Source: an uncultured Chloroflexia bacterium
GTDB lineage: Bacteria; Chloroflexota; Limnocylindria; QHBO01
NCBI GenBank assembly: GCA_963827475.1
Contig: CAWHAZ010000005.1
Location: forward strand, 384,001-448,000
DNA: 64,000 nucleotides
Direction: 5' to 3'
Below, one piece after another: positions 63,232 to 64,000 of this stretch; position 1 is the stretch's first letter; every line of letters begins with the position of its first letter. The notes beneath the pieces were generated by a model, which saw only the letters and a list, made by a program, of their open reading frames with translations, was not told the DNA's origin and searched no databases. Position numbers and translations under genes: made by a program.

Positions 63232-64000
63232 GTGCACGCCGGCAACCCTGGGCCGATCCTGGCCATTGATCTCGGCGGCACGCTGATTCGGGTCGCGCAC
63301 CTGAGCCCCGACCTGACCGTTGCGCACCGAGAGGTGATCCCGACCATGGCGAACCTTGGTGTCGAGAGCATCCTCGATCGCCTGATCACGACCGCTCGAT
63401 CGGTCTGGGCCGCGGCCGAGGCCGGCGGCCAGCCGGTCCCACGCGCGATCGGCGTGTCGTCTCCAGGTCCGTTGGATCCGAAGCGGGGCGTCGTCCACCA
63501 ACCGCCCAACCTCCCCGGCTGGGACGAGGTTCCCCTGGCGGATCGGCTTGCGGACGAGCTCGGCGTACCCGCGTTCCTCGAGCGGGACACGAAGGTCGCC
63601 ATGCTCGCCGAATGGCGGCACGGGTCGGCGGTCGGCGCCGAGCACGCGATCTACATCACCGTCTCGACCGGGATCGGCGGCGCGCTCGTGGTCGACGGCC
63701 GGCTGGTCGACGGTCCGGACGCGACGGCTGGCGAAATCGGCCACCTGACCGTGGAGCTGGACGGCCCGCCCGACGGGGAGGGCGCCCCGGGCCACGTCGA
63801 GGGCATCGCGTCCGGCGCGGCCCTCGCCCGAGACGGCGCCGCTCTGGTCCAACGGGGCGAGGCGCCTCGCCTGGCCGAGCTCGTCTCGTCGGGGACGCCC
63901 CTCGACGCGGCCGCCGTCTGCGCCGCCGCCGACGCGGGCGACGCCGCCTGCCGCTCGCTGATCGAGCGGGCATGGACCGCCATCGGTGCCACCTGTGCCG
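63232..64000 (+). CDS. ROK family sugar kinase, partial (runs off the window)
   Basis: LAIDLGGT, GVSSPGP, STGIGG, AGEIGH; TAGAAT -10 before the GTG (alternative ATG at 63223). Confidence 0.88.
   Translation, partial: MHAGNPGPILAIDLGGTLIRVAHLSPDLTVAHREVIPTMANLGVESILDRLITTARSVWAAAEAGGQPVPRAIGVSSPGPLDPKRGVVHQPPNLPGWDEVPLADRLADELGVPAFLERDTKVAMLAEWRHGSAVGAEHAIYITVSTGIGGALVVDGRLVDGPDATAGEIGHLTVELDGPPDGEGAPGHVEGIASGAALARDGAALVQRGEAPRLAELVSSGTPLDAAAVCAAADAGDAACRSLIERAWTAIGATCA

Overview
A very GC-rich bacterial chromosome segment, mostly housekeeping genes. The lineage is inferred, not shown: probably Chloroflexota, e.g. Limnocylindria-like, from the T-box, GAAC-N4-GTTC LexA boxes, PyrR site, F420-type LLM enzyme and DUF5679-like protein. 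Genes include fabD (partial), psuK/psuG, pyrG, rho, obgE-nadD-rsfS, comEA-comEC-holA, leuS, an aapJQMP amino-acid ABC transporter, two tRNA-Ala genes, a LexA-controlled imuA'-imuB/dnaE2 mutasome in two pieces, carAB, udp and a ROK kinase. About a dozen genes, including essential holA, carry single-base frameshifts, which most likely reflects read or assembly indel errors. The most striking element is a complete Leu-specifier T-box riboswitch upstream of a GNAT-leuS operon, with an intact tRNA-Ala(GGC) gene nested at the apex of its Stem III. Also notable: a promoter and 5'-UTR motif shared by comEA-comEC and a distant secreted lamin-tail/OB-fold gene (candidate competence regulon), a CarB lacking its allosteric domain under apparent PyrR translational control, two matching ECF promoters, and widespread leaderless-type promoter architecture. 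All family assignments come from motif recognition by eye; no database searches were run.
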